From Trichoplax adhaerens (Eukaryota; Animalia; Placozoa), in contig NW_002060954.1 of assembly GCF_000150275.1 (NCBI RefSeq), positions 1 to 64,000 on the forward strand: a stretch of 64,000 nucleotides of DNA. Direction: 5' to 3'. The notes under the pieces are model-generated. The model did not search any database and was not told where the DNA came from. It saw nothing but the letters and a program-made list of their open reading frames with translations. Both the position numbers and the translations under genes were made by a program. The first letter of the stretch is position 1; each line of letters begins with the position of its first letter. This document shows positions 51,920 through 64,000 of the stretch, in pieces.

Positions 51920-54753
51920 AGACGTTAATGTACATGAATAACGAATCTCCCAGCACGAATAGTGGAGACGTGGCAATTTCATAGTATCATTTAGCATGTT
52001 AAACTACAGTATAATTGCCGTAGAGTTCCTAAGCATTTGCTACTTTAGCTAACACATTAACTCATGAAATTGCTATTTTTGATCGACTTGCTGTAGAAAG
52101 CACTAGCTCCCTATGTAAATTGCAATCGATATAACCTTATCAGGTATTCCAATGATCCCAATATTATATTTATGGTTTAATATTGTATACAATACTGTTG
52201 TAGCTTATTTATAAGAGTTGGTAAGTAGTTTGTAAGTAATCAGTTTAAAATTGAAAATAAGTATCATTTAGCGTTGTGATATAGTCTTATTAAATTTTAG
52301 GTATTTGGATACTTTCTAACCTAAACATGTCATTGTCGAAATTAGAGATGCTAATGCTGTCATTACCTAGCTAAATCTGTAACTCTAAATAAGTATTCCA
52401 AGGAGATTGTCTTGAATAAACGAGCCATTAGATTGCTAAGATTTAGAAACTGAGCATGTAATAGTGCAGTCTGGTATAGATTGCTGCATCGTTTTTGTCT
52501 ATTAAAATACGTTCATTAGTTATTATGATTGCAATTACTGTATTGCCTAATCTATCAAGAAAGTAAATTAATACAGAAACTGATTTATTATGCTTCGTAA
52601 AATTATCTTATTATTTATATGATTTCTGAGGTTTTACTATATTCGTCAGGCCCACGGTAAGTGTACAGTGCACGTATATGCTATTACAGATCAATGCAGA
52701 ACACACTAAGAGAGTAAACATGACTAATGTGTGAAAGGTTTTTTGTTTTTGGTGGCCTGAAAGGAATAATTGTATCTAGCTTGCACGTCATAATCCGTGA
52801 TTTGTATCAATATAGTAACACTTGGCACATTCTAAGTTACTAGTACTGTAGACCCGTGCTCATAATACTTCACATAATGTACAGTATTACACAGTCTGTA
52901 TGTACTTGTACATTTTAATTGGTGCAATTGTACAGCGTCTTTAACCGAAGGAAAATGTAACTAAAACTAACGTGCAAATACGGTAGTTTATACCGATATC
53001 TAGCGTATGAAATGATTTTTTTTAAATATATAGATATGATTAGGTTTTACGTAATATCCATAGTAAAATATTAATATAAAGACAAAATCTGTTTTAGCAA
53101 AAAGTAAAATTTTGTTTTCAAACAGGGTTGTCATCACTCTTTACGATGGTAGTTCGCAGTCTTATCTTCTAAATAACAAGTGAAACACACTTTCGCGCGA
53201 ACTAATTTTTTCCCGTACCAAAGCTATATAGTGTACAGAAGCATTCAAGCCTTAAATTGCGAAGTTACGATGATACTGATAATACCACCGTTACCTTATG
53301 TTAAAATAATATTTAACAAATACAGTATTTCTGTATCTCTCTCCTGCATTAAAGATGCAAATTGTACGGCATAAAGGCAAATTTAACAAATATAATCAAA
53401 TATATTCTTTCTCGTATTTAAGATGCTGATTGTACAGTACAGTAACCTGTCTTTAAAGTAACCTGTCTTTATTCTGTGTTTGTCCTTGCACTACTGAGTT
53501 CTTAATTACGGGTACCTTCAACTGCAATTATAAATTATCTGATAACGTTTATCATTAATGTGCATATGTTCAACTGTCATGCTTATACTGGTTTTTTAAC
53601 GATACACTATTTGTTATTAACCTACTCAATAAATATGAAATACAACATATATTTTAGCTAAAACGAGTAATACTTCAACGTGTCCACCATCTTGCGAAAT
53701 GCGCCGCTCTATAGACACTTCAAAATTTTCAAGTACAGCACATTTGAACTCTTAATTTAACGTTACAAAGCAGGTAGATTCGCTCTTCCACTATCAACTC
53801 CCTTCGATCGAACAAACATCTCGTCGGCTGAGTCACTTAAATTAAAATTGCATCAAAACGTTAACAACTATGATTAATCAAAATATCCAGTTTATCATTA
53901 GAACTAAAGTTACAATCACGTACACAGATATAGTATGGGTAAACATGTAACCTTACAACTTTTCTAGGGGGGGGGGGGGGTGAGGTAGCTATCTACAAGT
54001 TCTCGCATTGCAATTGCGCTGGTAAGCTTATTCTGAATTCTGCAATTAAAGTACTTTAAAATTTCAATAGATCAGAGGCAAGATAAGCGTAGCAGCGACC
54101 ACATCGCAAATGTAAAATAGTAGATTCTTCTAATTTACGATTTGGTAATATGATTGGGAAATTATTACAATGGTACAATCCCTCAATGTTTTAGCTGATA
54201 ACACATCCCATTCACGAATATCAATATTAGATTGATAATAATTACACCATACAGTACATACCACTGCAAACAGATCACATGTCCATCACAATCGTATCAA
54301 ACCGAGAACTCATGCTAATTGATCAATGTCTTAATTTTCGTCTTTCCAATGTAGGTACTGTACAAACTAAAATAAATGTCCTTTCAGCTAACATCAATTT
54401 TAAAATCATTCCTAATTACCTATTTTCTTACTGATTGTGAAATATATCTTCAAAAAATCAGAATGAAATCGATAAGATCAATTTAATATTGACAACTTTA
54501 TTACACATGAAGTTTTACTGTGGTTCAATACGAACACCTTTAATCTTCAACTGATGATAGCTACGATCAACAGCACTGAAACATGCGGAGCAGCTAACGC
54601 AGGTTTAGTGTGAATAATTAACGATTGTACTGTAATAATTATTACAGAAAAAATTACTAGTGTTTCAAAAACATAAGGTAATCGTGTTATCATAGCCAAG
54701 TAACCCTCAGTGTACCAGACTATAATTTGTAATGACTTTCTTTTAAGCTGCGA

Positions 54754-57700
54754 TCAAATTTTGTATTGCAGCGACAGCTGCATTAACATTTTTAGACCAG
54801 GCATGAACGAAGTTATCTGACTGAAGTTTCCTCTAGCGACGACGGCTTTATGTATTTTAATTCCACCATTATAATCACCCGCCTTCACAGCTATTGTAAC
54901 AATAAATACAGAAATCATCAGGATAAATCTTATTCAGGATGTAGGATCGCATTAAAACTATAGAGTCAATCTTACCTTGTGCAATATCATGCAAACCTTG
55001 CAAAATATCTGGTGACAACTACGGGAACAATAAAATTAATAAGGTCGGTATTGGAACAATATGATTTTATATTTTCTTACAATTTCTTCTCGGAGTAATT
55101 CATACAAGGTAGCTAAACGTTTAGCAATATCATCCAATTTCCGTTTGATAACCTAACAATCACAGTAACGTAATTATTAGCTGAATACCACTATACTAAA
55201 TACTTCACAATACACAGGTAAGTTACTATACCGGATTAGTTAATCTTGATTTTCCTTTCTCAATCTGATTGTTAAAGATCTCGTATAAGATCATGTGAGA
55301 AGCAGGAATGGGTTTTTGTAATTTTTCAGAGGTGATTTGCTAACAAAGTCAATAGACAGATCTATAATTAAGTTCTACCATTGGTACCTGGAACATTGCT
55401 CGTTCAGGCGTTAGAGATTATACATTGTTGTATTGGCGAGCAATATAATGGAACTAGCTGCAGCTTTGTTATTAGCAGTATATGATAAATGTACAAAATA
55501 ATCCATGAAGTAAAGATTATATTTCTTACTACTTACGAGTTTATTTGTTGGAGATTGGTAAGCCGAAAGTTTTGGCGGCGCAATTTGAGGGCTAGACACC
55601 ATATTTCGCCTTTCATTACCTACATTAGCTACAGTAATTATTTATGTACATTAAACTACCAATACGAGTTTGAATACACTAAGCTTATTCTAACCAGACA
55701 CTTCCTCATTTTCATTTCCTGGTATAGGTTGTTTTATAGGTTCTTTGTCTATACAGGTTTGTGCTTGTTGGACCTGTACAGAAACATTTTTGAAATATAG
55801 GTAAGGTATAAACAAAATTATGCCTGAAACTGTTTTCGAAGATGTACATAAATTGGACATTATGGACTCCTATCAATAATAAACCATCATTCAATTCTCT
55901 GTATGATCAAACGTGCTACTTACATTTTCCAATAGCATCGGTGGGTCATTCCAAGCAGTTAGACTTTTCGATTCTTCATAAAAGAATTAATTCTTAATTA
56001 GATACTACGCGTAAACAAGTCTGCACTAGTGGATATTACAGCAAATACCGTTTTTCCAGACGGCAGCAGTAGGAGCTTGATTCATAAGTACGGACGAAGG
56101 CTGTAAGACACGATTCCATTTTTCACGAGGCTGATTTTCGTCATGAATTAACGAACCAGGTTTCGGATCAGAGGATAGAGATTTGCTGCCACCTTGCGAT
56201 CCAATTTGAGCTGAAAGTATAATTATTTAGAAACCTTTTTGAATTCGCAAGACTGACAACCATGTTTACTTACCGGATGGTACCATCGATGCAGAATACG
56301 GAGTGAAGAGGTTAAGCCGAGAAGTGGGCTCAGTCGCAACATTATTTACTACATTATTTGACAATCCGCCACTTTTGAAAGCTCCATCGTTTTGATTTTG
56401 CAAGGTTCGATTTGAACTGTCAGCTCGCTAATACAGTATAATAACGAAGCAACTTGAAATCAAGAACGTGTCATAGAACAGCTACTATACTAACATCCAA
56501 AAAGTACAATTTATTAAGGTATCATTTATCATAAATTTCAGGTATTGCTGCCAATAGTAGAATGCTTGCATGCAATTGCAATTAGTATCGGTAAATTATG
56601 AAGATCGTTATAGCGGTACCTGAATTTGTTTCGATTTGTGCCGATTTTCCGAGACACCTGATAAATTAAGAGCGTAGCATAGCCTTTCTTTCAAAGAAAA
56701 TTCTTTATCCTACGAATATATACGCTTAGTAAAGAATTTCTAAAAATTTAAAATCTAAAAATTTAAAATCTTCCATCAACGGTGCCTATACCTGTTCAGA
56801 TGGTAATGACTCTAAATAATTCATGGCTAACTGTAGTTGTCCTTCAGCGCATAGCAACCCTGCATATTGGCTAAATGTATTTAATCATGTCAGTGCTATG
56901 ATTTTAATTCAAATGTCTTTAATATGAGTAAGTAATAAGCATCAAATACCTAAAGATCTTTAATGTTGAGTTAGCAGAAAATCCTGGAATAGATCCAGTT
57001 TCCACCTCCACAGACTTCTTTAGTAGGGCAATTTTCTCCATTAAACACTATAAAAATTACATCATAGCTATAATAACTATGGGAATAATAATCATCTGCT
57101 ATATAGTATGTTGGGTCAAACCTGAAGTTCATTAGGCTTCGAGTTTGTAAAATCGACCAATCTCATCCTAAATTAATAAGAATTTTAATTATTTACGCTT
57201 TTTCATTACACTGTGTAAAATTTTGTGCGATAATTACCACCACGACGCAAATTCATGTGTTCTACCAGCACAAATGTAACACAGCCCAGCATATTTTCGG
57301 TGATCTGCATCAGCGCTAGATTCCAAACGTTCACCAAGTATAGCTAACAATATTACCGTTAACACGTTATTATTTCTGACGTGATTTAAATTGCACTAAT
57401 TGTAACTTACAGCAATATTGCGAAAATTCGTCAGCTCGAGCATACGTTAATAAAATAGTCAAGATTTCACGCCAATTGCTTAAACTGCATGCTTTCACGA
57501 TATCTGACCAATCACGCGAAATTATGGCATAAATTAACTATAGGATGAGAATTTAATTAAGAGATATTGTCTACAAAAAAAGTTAAAGATTCTCATGTAT
57601 ACTTCAATGTCGTAAGTAGTACCCGTGATAAGTTATCAATACGTTTTGAAAAGAAGGAAGACCGAGTTTTCTCTAAAGTTTCTGGTCCTGCAGCAATGGC

Positions 57701-60700
57701 AAGCAAGATCGCCTCTGCCTACAAGAATAAGACTATTTAGATTCAAAAATTTTAAGTTAAATTCACAATTAAACCTTACCATTTTACCGGAATTTATACA
57801 TGCTTCTACTGCGCCCGTCAGATTACCAACTAATAATAATTTTCCTAACAACTTTTCGGAATCTATTCGAAGTTATAGCCGGTTAGATGCTAGCCATGAT
57901 TATTTAAAGCTCAATACACTTGTAATAGCTGACCGTCAGAAAATGAAATTGTAAAAGCCTTCTCAGAAGAATTTTCATCACAACGTGAATCTGTCTTCAT
58001 AGATGGTTCGCATTCAGGCTTAATTTCACCAATTGTTTTCATATCCTTTAAATAGTTATCGCCTATAATCGAGGCACTTGATGTCTCTAAACGTTTGATT
58101 TCTTCATCCTACATAAAGAATAGCCCAAACTTTTAGGTGTGCTATTTGTAGATCGCATGGACAATAATTAACTTTTATAGAGACCTGGAGAGCATTCTCA
58201 TCTTGAATTGCCACTTGTTCATCAACGGAACTTAATTGCGGTAGTTCCTTATCCGTATCAAAATGGTGACAACCGAGTAATTCGATGATCTTTTTGCGTG
58301 GTTCTTTCAAAAAATTTGCCTGGTAAGAATTTAAAGGCTTTAGAAAAAGAGGTCATTGCAGTATTCATTAGTAAAATTATCAAAATACACCTTCAAAAAG
58401 CCCCATTGAAGAGATTCATAGTCGTCTCCTGATGATTTAAGTCTCTCATCGCAAAACGTAATTAGATTACCATTATCTGCAATAGCATTGTCAAGTTTCT
58501 TCGCCCGCTCAATAAACACTTCATTGGTTACTACCTGACTTATAGCGACCTATTATGAAAAGTAAGCATCTGATACCCAATCGATAAATTACGTATGATA
58601 GGACAGATCTTGTTTAATTAATGCTCACTTCTGTTGAATTGGTATCTTTCGAAGGATTTAGAGTAATCAGCTTCCCTCCAAACTATCGGGTTAATAAACA
58701 TTATAAGGACTACATCGTCATAAGTACGTAAATAATCTTTTCCTTCAAAACCGTAACTCACAGCAAATGAAGCGCCAGCTGAAACTTTCAAACATTTTGG
58801 AGGGTATTTTGGACACAATGGCATAGCTGTGTACTCCGGCTTTGGAGAATTTGGAACATCAGCTATATTAGCGAAATCAGAGCCAAATGCCTCACTAATC
58901 TATAACAAGATTAACCAATTAATAATTTGACTCTGTTTGTAGCGCACATTATATTTGCATAGCATTCACTACTTGTTTATGTTGCTGTTCGGCAAACTGT
59001 GATTGTTGCTTTTGACTTCCACTTATTAAGGAGTAAATTTGAATATAATCATCAGCTGTCATTAAAGACACCAAAATAGGCATTCGAGGACACCACCGTA
59101 CATCCATACAAGAATTACACGGTATTTCGTAAACGAGCTAGTGATAAACGCTTGATCAGTTTTGCACTTTACTGCAAAAGTTCATGATTTAAAGTACCTC
59201 GCCGCTTGGAATATTGCTTTCTGAATTTGATACAGATCCATTAGGATTCCAGATCAATACTTTACTATCCTATTAAAGTAAAAATACTGTAGCATAACTA
59301 GTCTACGAAATATGGCGAAGTATTTCATTAGCAAACCTTTCCACAACTAGCAAGCATATCAGCATCCTGATTACACCAGGCTACAGCATGAATACCCCTA
59401 TGAATTGCAATTTGTGATACATATATGTTTCCTTGAACCTGGTACCATAAAATATTTGCAGTAAAAATTATACCTTTTATGTTCTGAAAATATTTTGATA
59501 GGATATTGCATATATCGTACATCCCACATCTATGTTGATTAAATTTAGGAAAAAATGATTAATCAAGAGTACACTAAGACATAAATTTACAATTAAATGA
59601 CTGCACAAATTCCCTGTATCACTGATTCCGTTGAGTTAGCCTGCACTAGCTGTGTAGCAATGCGGGGATGCCAAGACATTGTATGGCAGTTTACCTAGAG
59701 CATAGAACCAAATAGTCAAATACAACATATAATATTAACCTACTCTTAAGCGCAAAGACGACATAAGTTTGCCTTAAATTACCAGAGCGTTTCCGGTATT
59801 GAGAGTAATTACTGGCTTTTCTGTCTTTCTCATATCCCAAACTACGGTATGGCCAACAGAAGAAGAAGAAGCTATAATATGTGGTACCTATATTATATCA
59901 TAATTATCAAGATGTTGTAGAGTCTGTTAAAAATATGCATTAACATTGACCGTACAATATAATTGTTATAATCCTAGAAGAGCATCCGTACTTGCAAATT
60001 CCAAGTAACACAACTCATATCAGCAAGATTATTAGTAATCTGTAAAGAGTAACGAAGATATCTTGTTAATTATGGAATTGGTCATGTTATGGTAAAGAAA
60101 CTGTGTTCTAGATCACTTTAAAACCTGAAATTTTGAACCAATCACTAGAGGATCCCTATCGACTTGATTTAAATCCCAAATATATAATTCCCCAGCTTTC
60201 GCAGATGAAGCCAGTAGATTTTTCTTTCCCGAAAACGATGAAAGATATAATGTTAAAAATCAAAAATTTAATACTTCTTTGTTATATTAAGATATACGAA
60301 AGCATACAGTTTAGATAGGCCAGAAATATTAAACAATTTAAATATAGATTAATTTATTCACCTGGAACGGGTTAAAGTCTAGATCGCTTGCAGCTTCGGA
60401 ATGCTTATATATATTGAAAATATTATTTGTTAAAGATCATTAATTTGCTTCAATTATGCTAAGGATTATAGATACTAATATTGTAAAGAACTTGAACAAA
60501 CATTAAAATTTAAGTCTTCAAATTAGTAAGACATATACCTTTTCTAATGTGGACAAAACAGCATGTTCTTCTTCATGCCTACCAAAATCATAAACATATT
60601 TACGTAACAGTCTTATTCTGAAATTCGGGTAGATAACAGTTATACAAGAAGAGTTTACGTTACTACTTTAACTCACTTCATAATGTTCTTAACGCTGTAG

Positions 60701-61136
60701 AGATAAATTTTAGCATCGGTGGCACTGCCAGCAAGTAAACCAAAGTCATTTCTCTGCTGAGCACTATTCCACGCTAATTTCTTGAAACTGACAAATCCCT
60801 TAGTTATAAATTTCTCAGTCATTAAAAACAGTACAAATATGTGGGAGCTGTTACCTATAGTCTGTTGCGATGTATCCTACTTGTGGCATATCTAAAGATG
60901 AATCACCCGGTTCCACTGACAGAATTTCTAACCTTGCATCGCTAGAAAGATTCAGTCCAAAATGAGAAATGCTTAATAAAGTGCACGCGATAGTCTATTA
61001 TAGTCAAGTATTTAGACAATAAGAAATCTCGCCTAATGTTTTGGCCAGCTGTTGAACCAGCAGCAACATATATGGGAGAAATGTTTGTGGGGCTCCACGC
61101 CACCGTAGCAGCCTTGTGAACGTCTTTTATCCTCAT
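54754..61136 (-). CDS. SEC31: Protein transport protein SEC31 (COPII outer coat)
   Basis: MRIKDVHKAATVAWSP; WD40 repeats (LDFNPFQ, WHPRIATQL, MWDVRY); PPKCLKVSAGASFAFGGKL; LLVGNLTGAVEACI; WNDPP; C-terminus KRKLDDIAKRLATLY...FMPGLKMLMQ..KI*. Confidence 0.95.
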
Positions 61137-62169
61137 AATTAACCTTAAAAAGTCAAGAAAAAACTAGGGTTTATCCTAATAATCGGTCAAAGATACCTAC
61201 AGTACCTACAGTTAAGATAAATTGTATCGTCGGCGAAGCAACAGATTATAAATCAAACAAAATTTTAACTCAGCTTAACTCTTAGCTCAAGATTTATAAC
61301 ACATAAAAAGCAAAATACCGTAGTTCCATGATTTATAATTTACTAGTTTATACCAAAGCTGTGGAGAACCTTTAATCTTTACTTTATTCTTCACAACCCA
61401 GTACAGTATCTGCAGTATCTACTATACCGTATCATACGAATATGAGTGATATCAATTAGCTTACATTACTTTGTACGTTTCTACGAGTACTATATTACCT
61501 CTATCATAAGCACTAGATTATAGTACTTGGTTCCTGGACAAGATTTAATCTAATAACGAAATCAATAGTTCAAATGTCTAAATGTACAGTACTTGTACTA
61601 ATTCAAACGCGTGCAAGTAAAACAGATTCTATTCTGCTAGCGATTACAGTAAATGTCAGTAGTAGCCATAATATTAGCAGATACAACATGGGTAAAACTA
61701 TGACCTTTTTAAACCAAGTTAAAATTTGATTTACGTACACTCACTTTATAGTAATCTACTTCCCTGTGGATTCAGCAATTAAATGTATATTCTTATTGTA
61801 ATATCTTTCACCAGAATACTACAGTCGTAGATATAGTTTACGGCAATTTCTTAATAATGCTCACTTTATCCTACAGGTAAATTAATCGATGTGCTGTACA
61901 GTCTTGAAATATCATACCAAATAATGTTCTTTAAACTTTGAGTGGGGTCTAGCGGTTACTCAAATCTCATACAGCACAATTAATATCTAAAATATAAATA
62001 GATGATATCAGGTATATTTTAGATTTACCGAAATTCCTTGTCGTAGATAGATAAAGTTATTCTCAAGAAAATACTATCAGAAGCTGTTGGCAGTTTTTAA
62101 AGTTACAAAGACCACGACACAAGCAAAGAGATGCACCAATTGCATAGTGCAGTCTGAATGTGTAATCTA

Positions 62170-62806
62170 TGTACAGTACAGTACAGTACAGTATTCAGTA
62201 TCACCCTTTACTGTACAGTACAGTACTGTAAAATTACAGTAAAAGAAGGAAAGAAAAAGACGGGAGCAGCACGGTGCAGTGTACAGTACATACTGTACAG
62301 TAACAGCTGTGCGTACTGTACAGTACAGTGCTGTACTGTACTGTGCACTGTACACACTGTACTGTACAGTCATGGACTACAGTACAGTACTAAAACTGTA
62401 CAGTACTGTATTGTATTTTCCGTAAATACTGTACTGTACAGTACAAACAAAATGAGGCCAAAAGGTTCTCATTTGATACTGTCGACCGTGGCCGATTGCT
62501 AACCAGACTACAGTATCAGAGATCATTGATGGTACAGTACTGTACTGTAGTGTGCGGTACAGAACTATTACTTACAGTACTGTACAAATAAAATTAGGCC
62601 AAAAAGGTTCTCATTTGATACTGTCGACCGTGGCCGATTGCTAACCAGACTATCAGAGATCATTGATGGTACAGTACTGTAGTGTGAGGTACAGAAGTAA
62701 CAGAACCATTACTTACAAAGTTAAGTGAAGGTTGATTCAATGGAGTGTATTGTACTGTACACTGTACAGTGTACAATACGGTATCTGTTTATTGTACTGT
62801 ACAGTA
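62170..62806. promoter_or_regulatory. SEC31/CaMKII divergent promoter region with TA-(CAG/CTG)-TA arrays
   Basis: Dense arrays ending ~60 bp before the CaMKII ATG. Promoter role is inferred from position. Confidence 0.72.
62441..62717. repeat. Tandem duplication with a 141-bp period
   Basis: Copy 1 is 62441-62581 and copy 2 is 62582-~62717. Shared core AAAAGGTTCTCATTTGATACTGTCGACCGTGGCCGATTGCTAACCAGACTA. Confidence 0.95.
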
Positions 62807-62867
62807 TCTGATCAGTTTGGCAGTGAATAAAAATCTGTTACCACTTCCGTTGTTTGCGGGATCAAAG

Positions 62868-62941
62868 ATGTCATCGTCAACTACATCAACTTCAGGCACG
62901 TCATTTACAAAAAAGTACGATTTGAAAGAAGAATTAGGAAA
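62868..62941 (+). CDS. CAMK2: Calcium/calmodulin-dependent protein kinase II, first coding exon (gene continues beyond the window)
   Basis: MSSSTTSTSGTSFTKKYDLKEELGK, ending in a phase-2 GTAAG donor within the Lys codon, like the CaMKII exon 1 pattern F...Y.L.EELGK. Only 25 codons are visible. Confidence 0.78.
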
Positions 62942-64000
62942 GTAAGAAATCTTTAAATACGGTCGCGATGTAGTTTAAATTGATTGTAAGCTGACTTTGA
63001 TCTGGCACTTGTAAAATAATCGTATACTGAATGTTTAAACTAGTTAACGTTAGCGTAGGTATTGTCACTTCTGTACGTTTCGCGTATACTGTACAGTGTA
63101 CAGTATACACTATACGTCTGCTGGTTTCAGCTTTGTGTAAATCTAGACCTTAAATTTAATTTAAATGGCCTCCATAAATGTTTACTGCACATTTTATTCA
63201 TTCGGAACCTTTGCTTAATTAAGATTTATAGTACTATTATATACTACGTATGATTTGCCAGATCAATAGCACATTACTGTAGCCAGATATTTCGGCAATC
63301 ATAAGCGCGTAGAACATGATCACTCGTAGGCTTTAATCTAATACTGTACTGACTGTATGCTACCCGCGCGTACCGTACAAATTTGTATTGTTCATACGCT
63401 CTACGAGTATAATGAAATAGAATTTAAAATTTTTCTTTCACTCATATTTCTATATTCAACCGCATACACTGTTCCTGAATATTCGTTCTTAACAAAAATA
63501 GTGGCCAGTAAGCGATATTACATTTGATCAGTGCTTACTCTAGTGCCCCACATGCCTGATCCGTACGCGTAGTAGTACTAATGGAAGGTTAAATTTATCT
63601 GTGCACATCGCTCGCTCGTTCGAATGAACAATGTGTAAAGATGAATTTACTATGGTCTTTTTTAACAAAATGTAATAAATATCATTCGTATTACAGTTAC
63701 AGAATTTCTAACTGCACTGTACGGCATAGAGTTCTCAGAATCTACCTGTGCAGTATTTAACTTCTGTCGGTTGCAGTTCGGCTTGTAGAGATTGTTGATC
63801 CAAAGTACGCAAAACTCTCACAATGTTAACTGCCCGTAATAACATAAGAACTGATGTCGTTGAATATTCGAATCTACAGCTAGTAACTGCTTTAGTAAGT
63901 AACTATTTATTACCCTGCAGCACTGCTTCGATGTAATCTTTACTTAAATATGTAAACCTTTCACGAACTGGTAACAGGGATAAATTCGGCTTTAATTAAA

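Noticed and set aside
53967-53980. Poly-G tract (and poly-C at ~24034-24049) as functional G-quadruplexes
   Set aside because: Simple homopolymers with no supporting evidence of function.
53760-54360. Exon-like segments on the minus strand between PTPN13 and SEC31
   Set aside because: No consistent open frame or recognisable protein; cannot be distinguished from UTR or intergenic DNA.
62441-62717. Repeat-spacer appearance of the duplication and arrays suggesting CRISPR
   Set aside because: Eukaryotic context, only two copies, no constant-length unique spacers and no cas genes.

Overview
Chromosome-end window of a compact, AT-rich, intron-dense animal genome. The TTAGGG telomere, ~70-130 nt introns and abundant ACAGT/ACTGT repeats suggest the placozoan Trichoplax; this is an inference, not a database match. 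A (CCCTAA)n telomere and a 50-N gap are followed by a short subtelomere containing a probable retroelement gag relic. Ten spliced protein genes follow, reconstructed by eye: TMEM72-like (-), a TspanC8 tetraspanin (+), LEO1 (-), ZFAND4 (+), PPP6C (+), VAMP7-like (+), FAM149-like (-), PTPN13 (+), SEC31 (-) and the first exon of CaMKII (+), plus one tRNA-Thr(TGT). The most striking unexplained signal is a set of dense arrays that parse as TA-(CAG|CTG|CCG|CGG)-TA. They sit at gene 5' ends and around the tRNA, and match the known Tc1/mariner excision footprint. A local 141-bp duplication differs by a TA versus TACAGTA. The arrays may therefore be stacked transposon footprints that record open chromatin. 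Also present: a U12-type AT-AA intron in PPP6C, non-GT donors in SEC31, two Helitron-like 3' ends, a mini-MITE, and six PDZ domains in PTPN13.
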